From Planktothrix sp. GU0601_MAG3 (GTDB taxonomy: Bacteria > Cyanobacteriota > Cyanobacteriia > Cyanobacteriales > Microcoleaceae): a stretch of DNA of 64,000 nt. The position numbers and the translations under genes are program-made. The notes beneath the pieces are model-generated. The model was not told the DNA's origin. It did no database searches and saw nothing but the letters and a program-made list of their open reading frames with translations. The stretch is from positions 2,100,578-2,164,577 of the forward strand of contig CP136572.1 in the NCBI GenBank assembly GCA_035193785.1. Reading direction: 5' to 3'. Positions 26,601 to 38,976 of the stretch are shown one piece after another; within the stretch, counting starts at the first letter, position 1, and every line of letters begins with the position of its first letter.

Positions 26601-27268
26601 AGCTGCTTCTTACGATTTAGACGGGAAAAAACACACCAATCTTGACTACTATGTGAATCAAGGTGGGGAAGATTTGTTAGAAAACTACCGTGAGGAAAAG
26701 GTCTACAATATTGATCCTAAGAAAGTCTTTGACTACGTTTCTGAAAATCAAAAAGACGTTTCCAGTACGGCTCCAACGGTTGATTTAGTTTGGTATCAAG
26801 AACAATATGCCGAGGATATTGCGACCAATAAAGCCAAAATTGATACCAATGGAGACTCCGAAATTAGCAATGATGAATTGTCTATCTATGCAACCGGGGA
26901 AGGTTTAATTAAAGGAAACAAACCTTCTGAATTGTTGAAGGATTTTGAAGCATACGTTGCTGATCCCCAAGTGCAGGAAGATGTCTTAACCTACTACGAT
27001 ATTGAGTCGGTTGATGCACTTACAAACCCTCAAATTGTCACCTATATGGTGGGTCAAGGTTTGTTAGATGGTCATAAACCATTCAGCGATGAATTCTTAA
27101 CAAATAATCCTGAAACTGGACTTTGAAGCCTTCAAACAAGCCAATACTCAAGCCCTGGTTCAATATACGGGTCTGAGTATTGAACAGGTGACCTCTGTTA
27201 ACGTCTTTTCCTATCAAGCGAGTGTCGGTTTTTTCAACCCAAGCACCACTAACAATGGTTTAGTTTAA
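20648..27268 (+). CDS. giant (~2200 aa) acidic repeat protein, probably surface/S-layer-associated (apparent +1 frameshifts at ~21668, ~24963, ~27112)
   Basis: About six F.xxxYLxxNPDV...EHF...G..E.R repeats, PTPAPTVE linker, many degenerate DxxY...EL...F....QI..F repeats, EF-hand-like DTNGDSEISNDE; three ORFs plus a tail join by single-base deletions; terminator follows. Confidence 0.8.
21482..21815 (+). repeat. coding Pro/Thr tandem repeat (24-bp PTPAPTVE unit)
   Basis: CCGAC[AG]CCCGCACCAAC[AG]GTTGAA repeated about seven times, preceded by PT/PA repeats. Confidence 0.9.
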
Positions 27269-27286
27269 TCTGAAAGACTAATTCCT

Positions 27287-27317
27287 AACCCCTCTGGTGA
27301 CCCCAGGGGGGTTTTTT
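27287..27317 (+). terminator. intrinsic terminator
   Basis: AACCCCTCTGG-tgacc-CCAGGGGGGTT followed by T-tract, 18 bp after the corrected stop. Confidence 0.85.
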
Positions 27318-27549
27318 ATTGGGTTGAATTTTGAGAATAACAATAGCTTATAATAATGATAAAATTCTTGAATTTAATATTTTTCCCTATCCTAAAGAGT
27401 TATAAAACTTTTTCATTATCATCCCGATGAAATTGTTACAGTTCTTGAAGATATCGATCTTCTGAAAATAGCGGTACAGAATTTATCATCATTTTACCCA
27501 TAAAATATACTCCCCCTGATATTATCTCTCCTTTAAAGTTATCAAATCC

Positions 27550-28074
27550 CTAGGCATTTTTCCAATAACTATAGGTTTCTGACCCAATTTTATCCTTTTC
27601 CTCTTGATAAATCTCATCTAAACAATTAAATAATGCTTTGGCTTCGTTTTCTAGTCCTAATAGCCTTAAACTGGTTAAAATTCGAGTCAAGCGTAAATAG
27701 TTATGATCTCGCCAATCAATCCAATTTTTTTTTCTTTGTTGATAGTTTTCACTTTTAATTATTTTTATCCATTGAGAGGGCTGGGATTCTAATTTTAATC
27801 CATAAAAATCTAACATTAATAATAAAGATTTAAGTAACCTTTTTTTCAATTCTGGAGTATTTCTAAAGGTTTCGATAGTAGAGGGATTTAAGGTGGGCGC
27901 GTTTCGATTAAAATTGCTTTTGTCTACCAAAGGAAATAACCATTGAATATAATCATGGGTATATTCTAAACGATCATGTTTCCACTGCCAAATATCTTCG
28001 ATTTTCCGTCCTTGAGCATCAGGAGATAAACCTAAATAGAAGCGAACAAGAATGTCTTGATTATTTGAACTCAT
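27550..28074 (-). CDS. opioid growth factor receptor (OGFr_N)-like protein
   Basis: LEYTHDYIQWLFPL, MLDFYGL, HNYLRLTRILTSLRLLG. Confidence 0.88.
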   Translation of the reverse strand: MSSNNQDILVRFYLGLSPDAQGRKIEDIWQWKHDRLEYTHDYIQWLFPLVDKSNFNRNAPTLNPSTIETFRNTPELKKRLLKSLLLMLDFYGLKLESQPSQWIKIIKSENYQQRKKNWIDWRDHNYLRLTRILTSLRLLGLENEAKALFNCLDEIYQEEKDKIGSETYSYWKNA

Positions 28075-28148
28075 AACAAGTGATTTCTAAACATTAGCCA
28101 AGGATAAAAACCCCTGGCTAATAGTATAACCTATTACCGATTACGATA

Positions 28149-29453
28149 TTATAAATCTCGATGGGTAAATGGTTTAGCGTTACTTCCAGAATAGGTTTCT
28201 ACAATATGACCGTCCCCAACCACTTGATATTTATAAGTAACTAACCCTTCCAAACCAACGGGGCCACGGGGGGGCATTTGTTGGGTACTAATTCCTACTT
28301 CTGCACCGAAACCATAACGAAATCCATCGGCGAAACGAGTCGAACAATTATGGAAAACTCCCGCCGCATCAACTTGATTTAAAAAGGTCTTGGCGGTGGT
28401 TTGATCTTCTGTTACAATGGCGTCGGTATGACCCGAACCATAGGTATTGATATGGGCGATCGCTGCTTCTAAATTCTCAACTATTTTAATTGATAAGATT
28501 AAATCACTGTATTCCGTTGACCAATCTTCCGCCGTTGCAGGTTGAATATTAACAATTTTTATGGTTTGATCATCCCCGCGCAATTCAACATTTTTAGCTT
28601 GTAAAGCCGTTACCGCTTCTAATAAAAACTCTGGGGCAATATCTTGATGAACTAATAGGGTTTCCACCGCATTACAAGCCGCGGGATATTGGGTTTTTGC
28701 ATCAATTGTAATGGCGATCGCTTTTTTAATATCCGCCAATTGATCAATATAAATATGACAAATTCCTTCGGCGTGACCTAATACGGGAATCCGAGTATTA
28801 TCCTGAACAAACTTTACAAAAGCATTAGACCCCCGGGGAATAATTAAATCCACATAATCATCTAATTGTAATAACTCTAAAATTTCCTCCCGGGTGGTTA
28901 AAAGTTGGACTGCATCGGGATGAATTGCCGTTTGAGATAATCCTTGACGAATGGCTTTAACCAAGACTTGACAGGAATTAATCGCCTCCTTTCCCCCCTT
29001 CAAAATCACCCCATTTCCCGATTTTATTGCTAAGGCAGAAATTTGGATCACCGCTTCCGGGCGAGCTTCAAAAATTACCCCTAAAACCCCTAATGGACAG
29101 GTAATTCTTTTTAAGATTAAACCCTGATCTAATTCTCGATGAATTTGCACCGCCCCCACCGGATCAGGCAATTTGGCAACATCTCTTAATCCGGCAATGG
29201 TACTATTTAATTTAGTCCGATCAAATTTAAGACGATTATATAAAGGTTTAGCAATTCCTTCGGCTTCGGCGGCGCGACAATCGGCTTCATTAGCCGCAAT
29301 AATTTCCGATGCAGCCGCTTCTAAAGCTTGAGCAACGGCTTCAATAGCTTGATTTTTTTCTGCTGTTGATAATATCCCTAATTTCTGTGCCGCTAAACGG
29401 GTTTTTGCAGCTAGTTCAACCAAAGGAATAGAACGAGTTTCCGAGACTGTCAT
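28149..29453 (-). CDS. proA: gamma-glutamyl phosphate reductase
   Basis: [46 protein letters not shown]. Confidence 0.97.
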   Translation of the reverse strand: MTVSETRSIPLVELAAKTRLAAQKLGILSTAEKNQAIEAVAQALEAAASEIIAANEADCRAAEAEGIAKPLYNRLKFDRTKLNSTIAGLRDVAKLPDPVGAVQIHRELDQGLILKRITCPLGVLGVIFEARPEAVIQISALAIKSGNGVILKGGKEAINSCQVLVKAIRQGLSQTAIHPDAVQLLTTREEILELLQLDDYVDLIIPRGSNAFVKFVQDNTRIPVLGHAEGICHIYIDQLADIKKAIAITIDAKTQYPAACNAVETLLVHQDIAPEFLLEAVTALQAKNVELRGDDQTIKIVNIQPATAEDWSTEYSDLILSIKIVENLEAAIAHINTYGSGHTDAIVTEDQTTAKTFLNQVDAAGVFHNCSTRFADGFRYGFGAEVGISTQQMPPRGPVGLEGLVTYKYQVVGDGHIVETYSGSNAKPFTHRDL

Positions 29454-29521
29454 TGTTACAACTCAACCCCAAAATCGGGCAAATATCACTATTTTCTTAT
29501 CATAATTCATAAGTCATCAGT

Positions 29522-29548
29522 GTAGAGACGTGCCATGGCGCGTCTCTC
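29522..29548. repeat. GTAG-family REP palindrome
   Basis: GTAGAGACGTGCCATGGCGCGTCTCT, same core as the 11593 array, flanked by TCAGTCA heptamers. Confidence 0.8.
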
Positions 29549-29644
29549 TAGCAGTCATCAGTCCATTACCGATTATTAGCAGCGATCGCAAATTCTGAGA
29601 TGATGAGAGGGTGCTTGACTACTGACTTGCTGTGTATAGCTTGT

Positions 29645-30778
29645 ATGCGAATCGCTCTTTTCACTGAGACATTTTTACCAAAAATTGATGGGATCGTGAC
29701 GCGGCTGTGTCATACGGTCGAACAGTTACAACGGTTGGGGGATCAGGTTTTGGTGATTTCTCCGGCCGGGGGACTCACGGAATATAAAGGGGCTAGAATC
29801 TATGGAGTGGAAGGATTTCCCCTACCCATGTACCCCGAGTTAAAACTAGGTATTCCCCATCCGGGTATTGGTGTGGAATTAGAAAAATTCCGGCCCGATC
29901 TGATTCATGTGGCGAATCCAGCCATTTTAGGGTTAGGGGGATTGTATTATGCCAAAAAGTTAAATCTTCCTTTAGTTGCATCCTACCATACCCATCTTCC
30001 CCAATACTTGCACCATTATGGCTTAGGACTGTTAGAGGAGGTGCTCTGGAATATGTTAAGGGCGGCCCATAACCAAGCCCAATTGAATCTTTGTACCTCA
30101 ACGGCGATGGTACGAGAACTGCATGATCATGGCATACAAAGACTAGATTTATGGCAAAGGGGAGTAGATACGGAGATGTTTCAACCGTCTTTGGCTACTG
30201 TGGAAATGCGCGATCGCCTTAGCCTTGGACACCCGGACTGTCATCTATTACTCTATGTCGGTCGTTTGGGGGCGGAAAAAGAAATTGAACGAATTAAAGC
30301 CGTTTTAGAGAAAATCCCCAATACCCGTTTGGCCCTAGTAGGCGATGGCCCCCATCGTCAAACCCTAGAAGCCCATTTTAAGGGAACTCCCACCCATTTC
30401 GTCGGTTATTTGCGAGGAAAAGACTTAGCCGCGGCCTACGCCTCCGCCGATGCCTTTATTTTCCCCTCCCGTACCGAAACCTTGGGATTGGTACTCTTAG
30501 AAGCCATGGCCGCCGGAACTCCCGTGGTCGCAGCCCGGTCTGGGGGGATTCCCGATATTGTCACCGATGGGGTGAATGGCTACCTGTTCGATCCACGTCA
30601 GGAAGACGGGGCAATTACCGCGACTCAAAGGTTATTTTTCGATGCTCAAGAACGGGAAATCCTGCGCCAAAATGCCCGTTTGGAAGCCGAACTTTGGGGA
30701 TGGGCCGCGGCTACCCAACAGCTACGAAGCCACTATCAGGGGATTATTTGCCGTTACTCGTTTCCCTCCGTTGCCTAG
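29645..30778 (+). CDS. sqdX: sulfoquinovosyltransferase (GT4), sulfolipid synthesis
   Basis: MRIALFTETFLPKIDGIVTRL, ASYHTHLPQY, WQRGVDTE, FPSRTETLGLVLLEAMA. Confidence 0.85.
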   Translation: MRIALFTETFLPKIDGIVTRLCHTVEQLQRLGDQVLVISPAGGLTEYKGARIYGVEGFPLPMYPELKLGIPHPGIGVELEKFRPDLIHVANPAILGLGGLYYAKKLNLPLVASYHTHLPQYLHHYGLGLLEEVLWNMLRAAHNQAQLNLCTSTAMVRELHDHGIQRLDLWQRGVDTEMFQPSLATVEMRDRLSLGHPDCHLLLYVGRLGAEKEIERIKAVLEKIPNTRLALVGDGPHRQTLEAHFKGTPTHFVGYLRGKDLAAAYASADAFIFPSRTETLGLVLLEAMAAGTPVVAARSGGIPDIVTDGVNGYLFDPRQEDGAITATQRLFFDAQEREILRQNARLEAELWGWAAATQQLRSHYQGIICRYSFPSVA

Positions 30779-30959
30779 TATCCACCAGAAATTTTTGATT
30801 CAATGCCAGGATGGAAGCCATGACCATCCGTTGTCTGTTATTATCTAGTCAATATATTAATATGTCCTAGTTGGGAAGGTTCTATTCTATTCAAGCTACT
30901 TAACTTTCTCTAATCGGAGTTTTTCGTTTCAAATCCCTCACCCAAACTATCCCCTTCCC

Positions 30960-33526
30960 ATGACTTTTTCTAATGCTGGTAGCATCTTAGCTACGCTGAC
31001 ACAAGTGGATCGTATGGGCCTATTGGCGGCGCGTGTTAAACACCTGCCAATTGGGGAGTTTATTTGCATTTTAGATTTTATTACCGCAGAATTTCAGCAA
31101 TTTCTTAGGGCAATTGATCTGATTAATAATGAAGGAATCGAAACCCTATTAGAACAATTGCTCGATGCCTTCACCCTCAAAATTGGGCAAATTCTGCAAG
31201 CTGATCGCACTACTATTTTTTTAGTTAATCGGGGGAAAAATCAACTCTGGTATACCAAAGTTGACGAAGAAACCGGACTGGCAAAAGAAATCCGTTTACC
31301 GATGGATTCGGGGATTTTAGGATATGTTGCCCGCACCGGGGAAGCGATGAATGTCACCGATGCTCACAACTGTGAATTATTTGATGTGGATGTGGATGAA
31401 CCCCCGGGATATTATGCCCGCACCATCCTGTGTATGCCAATTTTTAGTAGCCAAAATCCAGAGGAATCTGTGGCGGTGGTACGGCTATTAAATAAAGCTG
31501 AAAATGCAGAATTCACCGAAGAAGATGAACAACAATTCCGAGCTTTTGCCGATTCAATTGGGATTATTTTAGAAAGTTGTCAATCGTTTTTTGTTGCCGC
31601 CCGAAATCAACGGGGAGTTGCCGCCCTATTAAAAGCAACAACTACTTTAGGGCAAAGTTTGGATTTAGAAACCACCCTACAGGCGGTGATGGAACAGGCA
31701 CGGGATTTGATGCAGGCCGATCGCAGTACCTTATTTTTATTACAAAAAGAAACTCAAGAATTATGGACAAAAGTAGCGAATGCCGAGGGTTCTAAAATGA
31801 TAGAAATTCGGATTCCTGCTAATCGTGGAATTGCCGGATATGTGGCTTCAACGGGTCAAGTTTTGAATATTCCCGATGCCTATTGTGATCCTCGGTTTGA
31901 CCCCAACACCGACCGCAGAAACTGGTTATCAAACCCGAAATATTTTATGTATGCCCGTGTTTAATGCGGCGGGAGAATTAATTGGGGTGACTCAGTTAAT
32001 TAATAAGAATAAAGGGAGTTTTACTAATTCCGATGAAGAATTTTTAAGGGCGTTTAATGCCCAGGCGGGCATTGCCCTACAAAATGCTCAGTTATTTGAA
32101 AATGTTATGGTGGAAAAACAATATCAGAAGGATATTTTACAAAGTCTTTCTGATGTGGTGATTTCCACGGATTTACAAGGAAAAATTGTCACGATTAATG
32201 ATGCAGCTTTGGAATTATTGGGCTGTCCTCAACCTCAAATGGGCGATCGCTCCATTCGTCAATATTGGGAAGAAAAATTAAGCGGACGTTATGTTTGGGA
32301 AGTCCTACCAATTGACAATTTAAGATTCCGTTTAGAAGATAGTCTCCACCATGCCGCCCGTCATTATGTTCCTGAACAAAGTTTAACCGTCGGTTTAATT
32401 AAACAGGAAGAAACTCAAGGAGATGTCATCCAAACTAGCTATATTTTAGGCATTCCCGATCACTCTAATTCGGAAATTTATCATCCCTGGGGACAACCCA
32501 CAGACCCCCAATCCAATAATATAACCTATCCTAAACAGCAAGTTCGACCAATCGAACGCAGTATTAATTTAACAGTTAATCCCCTAACTAATCCCGAAGG
32601 TGGAGTTAGAGGAGGTCTAGTAGTTTTAGAAGATATTAGTCGGGAAAAACGGATGAAAACCACCATGTATCGCTATATGACTCCGGGGGTAGCCGAACAG
32701 GTTATGGCCTTGGGAGAAGATGTTTTAATGGTGGGAGAACGTAAAGAAGTGACGATTTTATTTTCCGATATTCGGGGTTATACAACATTAACAGAAAATT
32801 TAGAAGCCTCCGATGTGGTGGCCTTATTAAACCAATATTTTGAAACTATGGTAGAAGCGGTTTTTTCCCATGAAGGTACTTTAGATAAATTCATTGGGGA
32901 TGCTTTAATGGCGGTGTTTGGGGCACCCCTACCCCTACGAGATAATCATGCTTGGATGGCGGTAAAATCAGCTTTAGATATGCGCCGTCGTCTGAAGGAA
33001 TTTAACCAAATGCGACCGGATGAACCGCAAATTAGAATCGGTATTGGTATGAGTTTCGGGGGAAGTGGTATCGGGAAATATTGGCTCCCAAAAACGCATG
33101 GACTATACCGTTATTGGGGATGGGGTGAATTTAAGTTCTCGCTTAGAACAAATTACTAAACAATATGGTTGTGATATTATTATTAGTGAGATGACCTATC
33201 ATTTATGTCAAGATAAAATTTGGGTGAGGGAATTGGATCGGGTGCGGGTAAAAGGCAAGAATCAAGCGGTGAGTATTTATGAGTTAATTGGCAATCGTTC
33301 GATTGCTTTAGATGAATCAGTAAGAGAGTTTTTAGAGTGTTTTAATCAAGGGAGAATCGCTTATTTAGCAAAAGATTTTAAACAAGCAATTCGGATTTTT
33401 GAAGAGGCGAAAAAAATGCGTCCTGATGACCGGGCGGTACAAATTCATATTGGGCGATCGCAACAATATTTACAAACTTCTATTCCTGAAGAATGGGATG
33501 GAGTTTATACGATGACCACAAAATAA
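30960..33526 (+). CDS. cyaB1: GAF-GAF-PAS class III adenylate cyclase, CyaB1-like (apparent +1 frameshifts at ~31918, ~33053)
   Basis: Tandem GAFs with NK...F...DE motifs, PAS, LFSDIRGYT, DKFIGDALMA, DYTVIGDGVNLSSRLE, C-terminal TPR-like segment. Confidence 0.9.
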
Positions 33527-33595
33527 ATAGAAGTATAGCAGGGAAAGCTGAGGGTTAGGGCTAATAAAATTACCCATTACCCATTACCCATATAA

Positions 33596-34238
33596 CTACT
33601 TCCCTTGTCGTTTAACTTCCTGTTCAATTTGATTTGGAATATTATCTATTTCTGTAGATAGTTTTTCCAGAGATTGTTCGACTTTTTTGTGTAATTCATT
33701 CATTTGATGTTGTTGTAAATTTCCCCATTGGGGTAATTGATTAATAAATTGTTGTAGATCCACAATCACATGGGTTAAAGTATTAATCTGGTCTAACTCC
33801 GGCCGTTTTTGGAACGCCTGCACAACAATTTCTAACTCCGATTGCATCATACTTAAAGTCTTTTCTAATAGATTTTGACGTTCTAATAAATTTTGAATCA
33901 CCGCCATTAAAGATTGCAATTCCTGAGCTAATTGAGGATTGGGATTTAAAGCAAGTCCCGAAGATATATTTAAAGTAGAGATAGTTTTCTGTAACTGATC
34001 CATGAGTTGATCTAAATCAGCTTGATGTTGCTGAGTTAAACTTTTATTTGTCGCACTATTTTTCCGAATTTGTTGGGCTAATAATTGACGATTAAGCCAA
34101 TTCAATCCCAGGGCGAAGGCGCCCGGAATTGCTGCATAGGTGATTGGTTGTCCGGTGAGCAGACCAAAGGAAACCGATAATTGCTGCCATAATAAAAATT
34201 AATTCGACCAGTTCCGGCCATTGCTTTTTATTAAACAT
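33596..34238 (-). CDS. hypothetical membrane protein with coiled coil (apparent +1 frameshift at ~34170)
   Basis: Corrected N-terminus MFNKKQWPELVELIFIMAAIIGSFGLLTGQPITYAAIPGAFALGLNWLNR (two TMs) joins ORF 33596..34105. Confidence 0.65.
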
Positions 34239-34444
34239 ATTATTTGTATTAATTATTAAATTCAAGGGGATAGGGGCTAGGGGAGTTGAGACTAGGAAAG
34301 CAATATTGATACATCAATCCAGTCCGCTTTTCTAAATACTTCAACCAAAGGATATTGACTATCTTGATATCTTCTACTTTTTTCCTTAAGTGTTTGCCAA
34401 CGCAATAATTATACTATAATTGATCAAGTTTAGTAAACTCAGTA

Positions 34445-35666
34445 ATGATTAAAATATTGCATCTTTCGGATATTCATTTAGGAAGTGGTTTTTCCCATGG
34501 ACAAATCAATCCTGAAACGGGCTTAAATACTCGTTTAGAGGACTTTACCGCCACCTTGGGACGTTGTATTGATCGGGCGATCGCAGAACCCGTAGATTTG
34601 GTCTTATTTGGCGGAGATGCCTTTCCTGATGCGACTCCGGCTCCCTATGTTAAACAGGCTTTTGCCGCTCAATTTCGACGGTTAGTGGATGCAGAAATTC
34701 CCACGGTTTTATTAGTAGGAAATCACGATCAACATTCCCAGGGACAAGGGGGAGCTAGTTTAGGGATTTATCGAACTTTAGGAGTTCCCGGTTTTGTAGT
34801 GGGGGATAGTTTAGCAACCCATACCATTCAAACCCGCAACGGTGCGATTCAAATTATTACTTTACCTTGGTTAACCCGGTCAACCTTATTAACTCGTCCC
34901 GAAACAGAAGGACTCTCTTTAGAAGCAGTAAATCAACTCTTAATTGACCGTTTAACCGTCGTTTTAGAGGGAGAAATTCGGCAGTTAGACCCGGAATTAC
35001 CCACCATTTTATTAGGGCATTTGATGGCGGATAAAGCCAATTTAGGAGCGGAAAGATTTTTGGCTGTTGGTAAAGGATTTAATATTCCCCTGTCCTTATT
35101 AACCCGCTCTTGTTTTGATTATGTCGCCCTGGGTCATGTTCATAAACATCAAAATCTGAATCGGACTAATGATCCCCCTGTTATTTATCCGGGAAGTATT
35201 GAGCGAGTTGATTTTAGCGAAGAAAAAGAAGACAAAGGATTTGTTTTAGTTGAAGTCGAAAAAGGTCAAGTTAAATGGCAATTCTGTGCCTTAACTGTAC
35301 GGTCTTTTTGTACAATAAAAGTAGATATTTCTAAAGTGGATAATCCTGTGGAAACCTTAATTAAGGTCATTGAAAAAAATCCTATTCAAGATGCGGTTGT
35401 CCGGTTAATTTATCAACTGCGTTTCCGACCAATTAGACTTGATTAATAATACGGAATTACAACAGCTTTTGAGGGCCGCCCATAGCTACACTATTAAGCC
35501 CGAATTAGTTAGCCAATTAGCACGACCTCGTTTACCCGAATTGGATTCTGGAAGTAGTATTGATCCCCTGGATGCACTCAGAACCTATTTAACCAGTCGG
35601 GAGGATTTACTAGGATTTCAAGCCGAAATGATGGAAGCGGCTCAACTGCTATTGGCGGGAGAATAA
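34445..35666 (+). CDS. sbcD: SbcD/Mre11 nuclease subunit (apparent +1 frameshift at ~35421)
   Basis: HLSDIHLG, GGDAF, VGNHD, ALGHVH, YPGSIERVDFSE. Confidence 0.93.
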
Positions 35667-35671
35667 TAGAA

Positions 35672-36949
35672 TTAAGATTCAGGTGGGGAAGAATTATTCC
35701 GGTGTTTTAAAGTTTGTCCAATTAACTCAATTAAACCTTGACTATTGGAGTCTGAATTTATTGGTTTCTCAGGAGTATAATCTGATAGTTGACTCAACTC
35801 AGGATTCATATTTTTGGCTTGTTCTACAATTAAAATAATCAAATTAGGATTGTAATTATCAATCAGGTGTTTTAATTCTTTCATCACCATTTCCACCCGT
35901 TCTAACTTCAAGGAAACAGAACGGGAAATACCGGATTGATTGTGAGCAATATCCTGGAGTTTGTGAACATGAAATTTAAAGTGATTAGCTATCTTATTCA
36001 TCTGCTGATTAATATTTAAAATTTGATTCAGCATTTGATTAATTTCTGTATTAATTTGATTGAATCCTTGAGGTGTAGATTGGGATTGATAAGCGGCAAT
36101 CGATCCTTTAACAGCTAAATGACGAATTTGTTGGAGAATTTTACTACTTAAATTACAAGCGGATTCCATTGAGTCTAAATCATTAGCAATAGACGTGCTG
36201 ATCTCTTGGATATGATCAGTATTGAAATTAATAGTATTAGCGTGGACAACAATTTCATTAAAAGATTTGTTTGTTTCCTTAATGACTAGCTGACTAATTT
36301 GCAAAAATTCTTCATTGATTTCGGTTATTTTTTGGGCTGTTTCAAAAATTTCCTGTTGTTTAACCTTTAAAAAATCCTCATAATTTTTCTTGATTAATAC
36401 TTGTTTATTCTGATAATATTTACTGCATTGTTTGACTTTGTTTCTTTCGTTTGTAATGACATCAAAAGCTTGTTTAATTTGAGATTTTTGTTGTTGAATA
36501 ACATTCTGAGCATGATTTAACAGTTGATTTTGAGCTAATAACAGCACTTGCACATCAAGAATCCGAAAAATTGTATGTTCAGAAACAATCACAATCGGCT
36601 CATAAATTAATTCTTTAGACCGATTTAATGCACTATTCACAGCATCTGCTATTTTAGAATTCATATCCAATAATAAAGGAGGAGTTCTGAGATAGTCAAG
36701 AAGCACCTGAATAGGACTATCAAAATAAAGATTTTCTCGCTGTGAGGTGTTGATTTGTTCACGAAATTTTGCTCGTGAAATCATTCCCAAGAAATGAGTT
36801 TCATCCATGACTATTACTCCGGGTAAATTAGGGTTTTGTGCGAAGTTTTGAGCAACGACTTTTCCTAAAGTAGTAGAACTGACCCGAAAATCATGAGAAA
36901 GGACAGAAGCTAAGGTAGAATCAAAGGTTATGGAAGATTGGCTGCTCAT
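35672..36949 (-). CDS. CBS-like domain plus degenerate MCP-like coiled-coil protein
   Basis: N-terminal NPNLPGVIV...LGMISR..F...IYEPIVI (cyanobacterial CBS-like); C-terminal QIRHLAVKGSIAA...GFNQINTEI resembles a decayed MCP hairpin tip. Confidence 0.65.
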   Translation of the reverse strand: MSSQSSITFDSTLASVLSHDFRVSSTTLGKVVAQNFAQNPNLPGVIVMDETHFLGMISRAKFREQINTSQRENLYFDSPIQVLLDYLRTPPLLLDMNSKIADAVNSALNRSKELIYEPIVIVSEHTIFRILDVQVLLLAQNQLLNHAQNVIQQQKSQIKQAFDVITNERNKVKQCSKYYQNKQVLIKKNYEDFLKVKQQEIFETAQKITEINEEFLQISQLVIKETNKSFNEIVVHANTINFNTDHIQEISTSIANDLDSMESACNLSSKILQQIRHLAVKGSIAAYQSQSTPQGFNQINTEINQMLNQILNINQQMNKIANHFKFHVHKLQDIAHNQSGISRSVSLKLERVEMVMKELKHLIDNYNPNLIILIVEQAKNMNPELSQLSDYTPEKPINSDSNSQGLIELIGQTLKHRNNSSPPES

Positions 36950-37098
36950 TCACTTTAGCGGTTTGGCGCAAACAAGGGTAATTCTAAGATCATATTGATC
37001 ACATTAGATTATTTTGTCAAGTTCAGCAGCCACAAAATCGTTAATAGCTACGGCTTTTTTCCTCCCCTATTCTTTAGAGTAACGGTTTCTATAAGCCT

Positions 37099-38956
37099 GT
37101 GGACGATATTTTATATCAGCAACTACAACAAGAGCGACTCTTAAATCAAGTTACGACTCAGATTTGTCAGAGTTTGGATTTATCGGTGATTTTATCAACG
37201 GCGGTTGAACAGTCGCGTCAATTTTTATTAGTAGATAGATTGATAATTTATCAATTCAATATCCAGCATCCATTAGAATTAGAGGATTATACAATTGATT
37301 ATTATCAGGAAAAACAGCCAGATTTTATTCAAAAATTTAATTTAGACTGTCTCTCTGGAAAAGTAACTTATGAGGCTTGTTCTTCTGAGCAAATTATTTC
37401 TGTTTTAAATATATCTGAGGAGGAAAATTATTTAAAGTATAGCTGTAATTTTCAGGATAAATATTATCAGGGTTTTATTCAATCGGTTTCTGATATTGAG
37501 GATACTTATAATAATTTCCCCTGTTTTATTAAATTTTTAAAAAAGTTTCAAGTGCAATCAATATTAGCGCTTCCAATTGTGGTTAAACAAGAGCTATGGG
37601 GGTTATTAATTGCTCACCAATGTTTGGAAAAACGTCAATGGAAAACCATGGAAAAAAGGTTTTTAAATCAAATCACCCAACATTTATCTATTGCAATTCA
37701 TCAAGCTGAACTTTATGCTCAACTTCAACAACAAAAACAAACCCTAGAACAACGAGTCCAAGAACGAACCCAAGCCCTCCATGATGCCCTATTAGGGGCG
37801 CAATCGGCAAACTTAGCTAAAAACCAATTTTTAGCTACTATGAGTCATGAATTGCGAACTCCCTTAACCTGTGTGATTGGAATTTCAGCCACTTTATTAC
37901 GCTATTCGGGGGAAAAACAAATCGAGAAGCAACTGTCCCCAGATAAGCAACGGGGGTATTTAACAACAATTCATGATAGTGGAGAAAAGTTACTGGAAAC
38001 TGATTAATAATATTTTGGATTTATCTCAAGTAGAATCTGGGAAAACAGTTCTCCAAATCAGTGAATTTTCCTTATCAAGGTTAGCTAACCAAGTGATCAA
38101 AACTTTGCAAGAAAAAGCTAAAAATCGTCAAATTGAACTAATTAATGAGACGCAAATTAAATCCAATCATAACTTATTTACCGGAGACTATAACCGGATT
38201 CTACAAATTTTATTTAGTTTATTAGAAAATGCTATAAAATTCACACCAAATGGAGGGAAAGTCACCCTAAAAATCAGAGTTGATCAGAATACTGTGATTT
38301 TGCAAGTTGAAGATACCGGAATTGGTATTCGTGATGATCAAAAATCCCTGCTATTTGAGAAATTTCAACAGTTAAATTCGAGCTATGACCGTCAGTATGG
38401 AGGCGCGGGTTTGGGTTTGGCTTTAACTAAACAATTAGTAGAATTACATGGAGGAATGATTCAATTTCAATCCCAGGTGGGAGTAGGTTCTATCTTTACC
38501 GTCCATTTACCAGCTTTACCCCTAAATTCTAAACTATCCCAGGATGAAATTAACCCATCAACCTCAAAAACTTCCCTCCCTTCGGTTTATCTTAATTCTC
38601 CCTATCGCAAGTGCGTTTTAATTGAAAATGATGAAGAAACAGCGACTTTAATTTGTGATTTATTAACCGTAGCTGGGTATCAAGTTGTCTGGTTAATTGA
38701 AGGATTTACCGCCGTGCAGCAAATTAAATTTTTACAGCCGGATGTTGTGATTATTAACCTGCATTTAGCCGGACAAATTAGCTATGAAATTTTGAATCAA
38801 CTTCAGGATAAACCTGAAACCCAAAAGATTAAGATTTTAGCCTTAACCCATGAAAATTCCTTTCCCGAATCTAAAATTTATAAAAACTTAGAAAATTATG
38901 ATTGTTTAGTAAAACCCATTAAACCTAATCAATTGTTAAATAAATTGGGTGATTAA
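37099..38956 (+). CDS. cikA: CikA-like GAF-histidine kinase-pseudoreceiver (apparent +1 frameshift at ~37996)
   Basis: GAF (LWGLLIAHQC), H-box FLATMSHELRTPLTCVIG, HATPase, receiver with Asn in place of phospho-Asp (PDVVIINL) and CikA-type LTVAGYQVVWLIEG. Confidence 0.7.
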
Positions 38957-38976
38957 TCAGTTATCAGTTATCAGTC

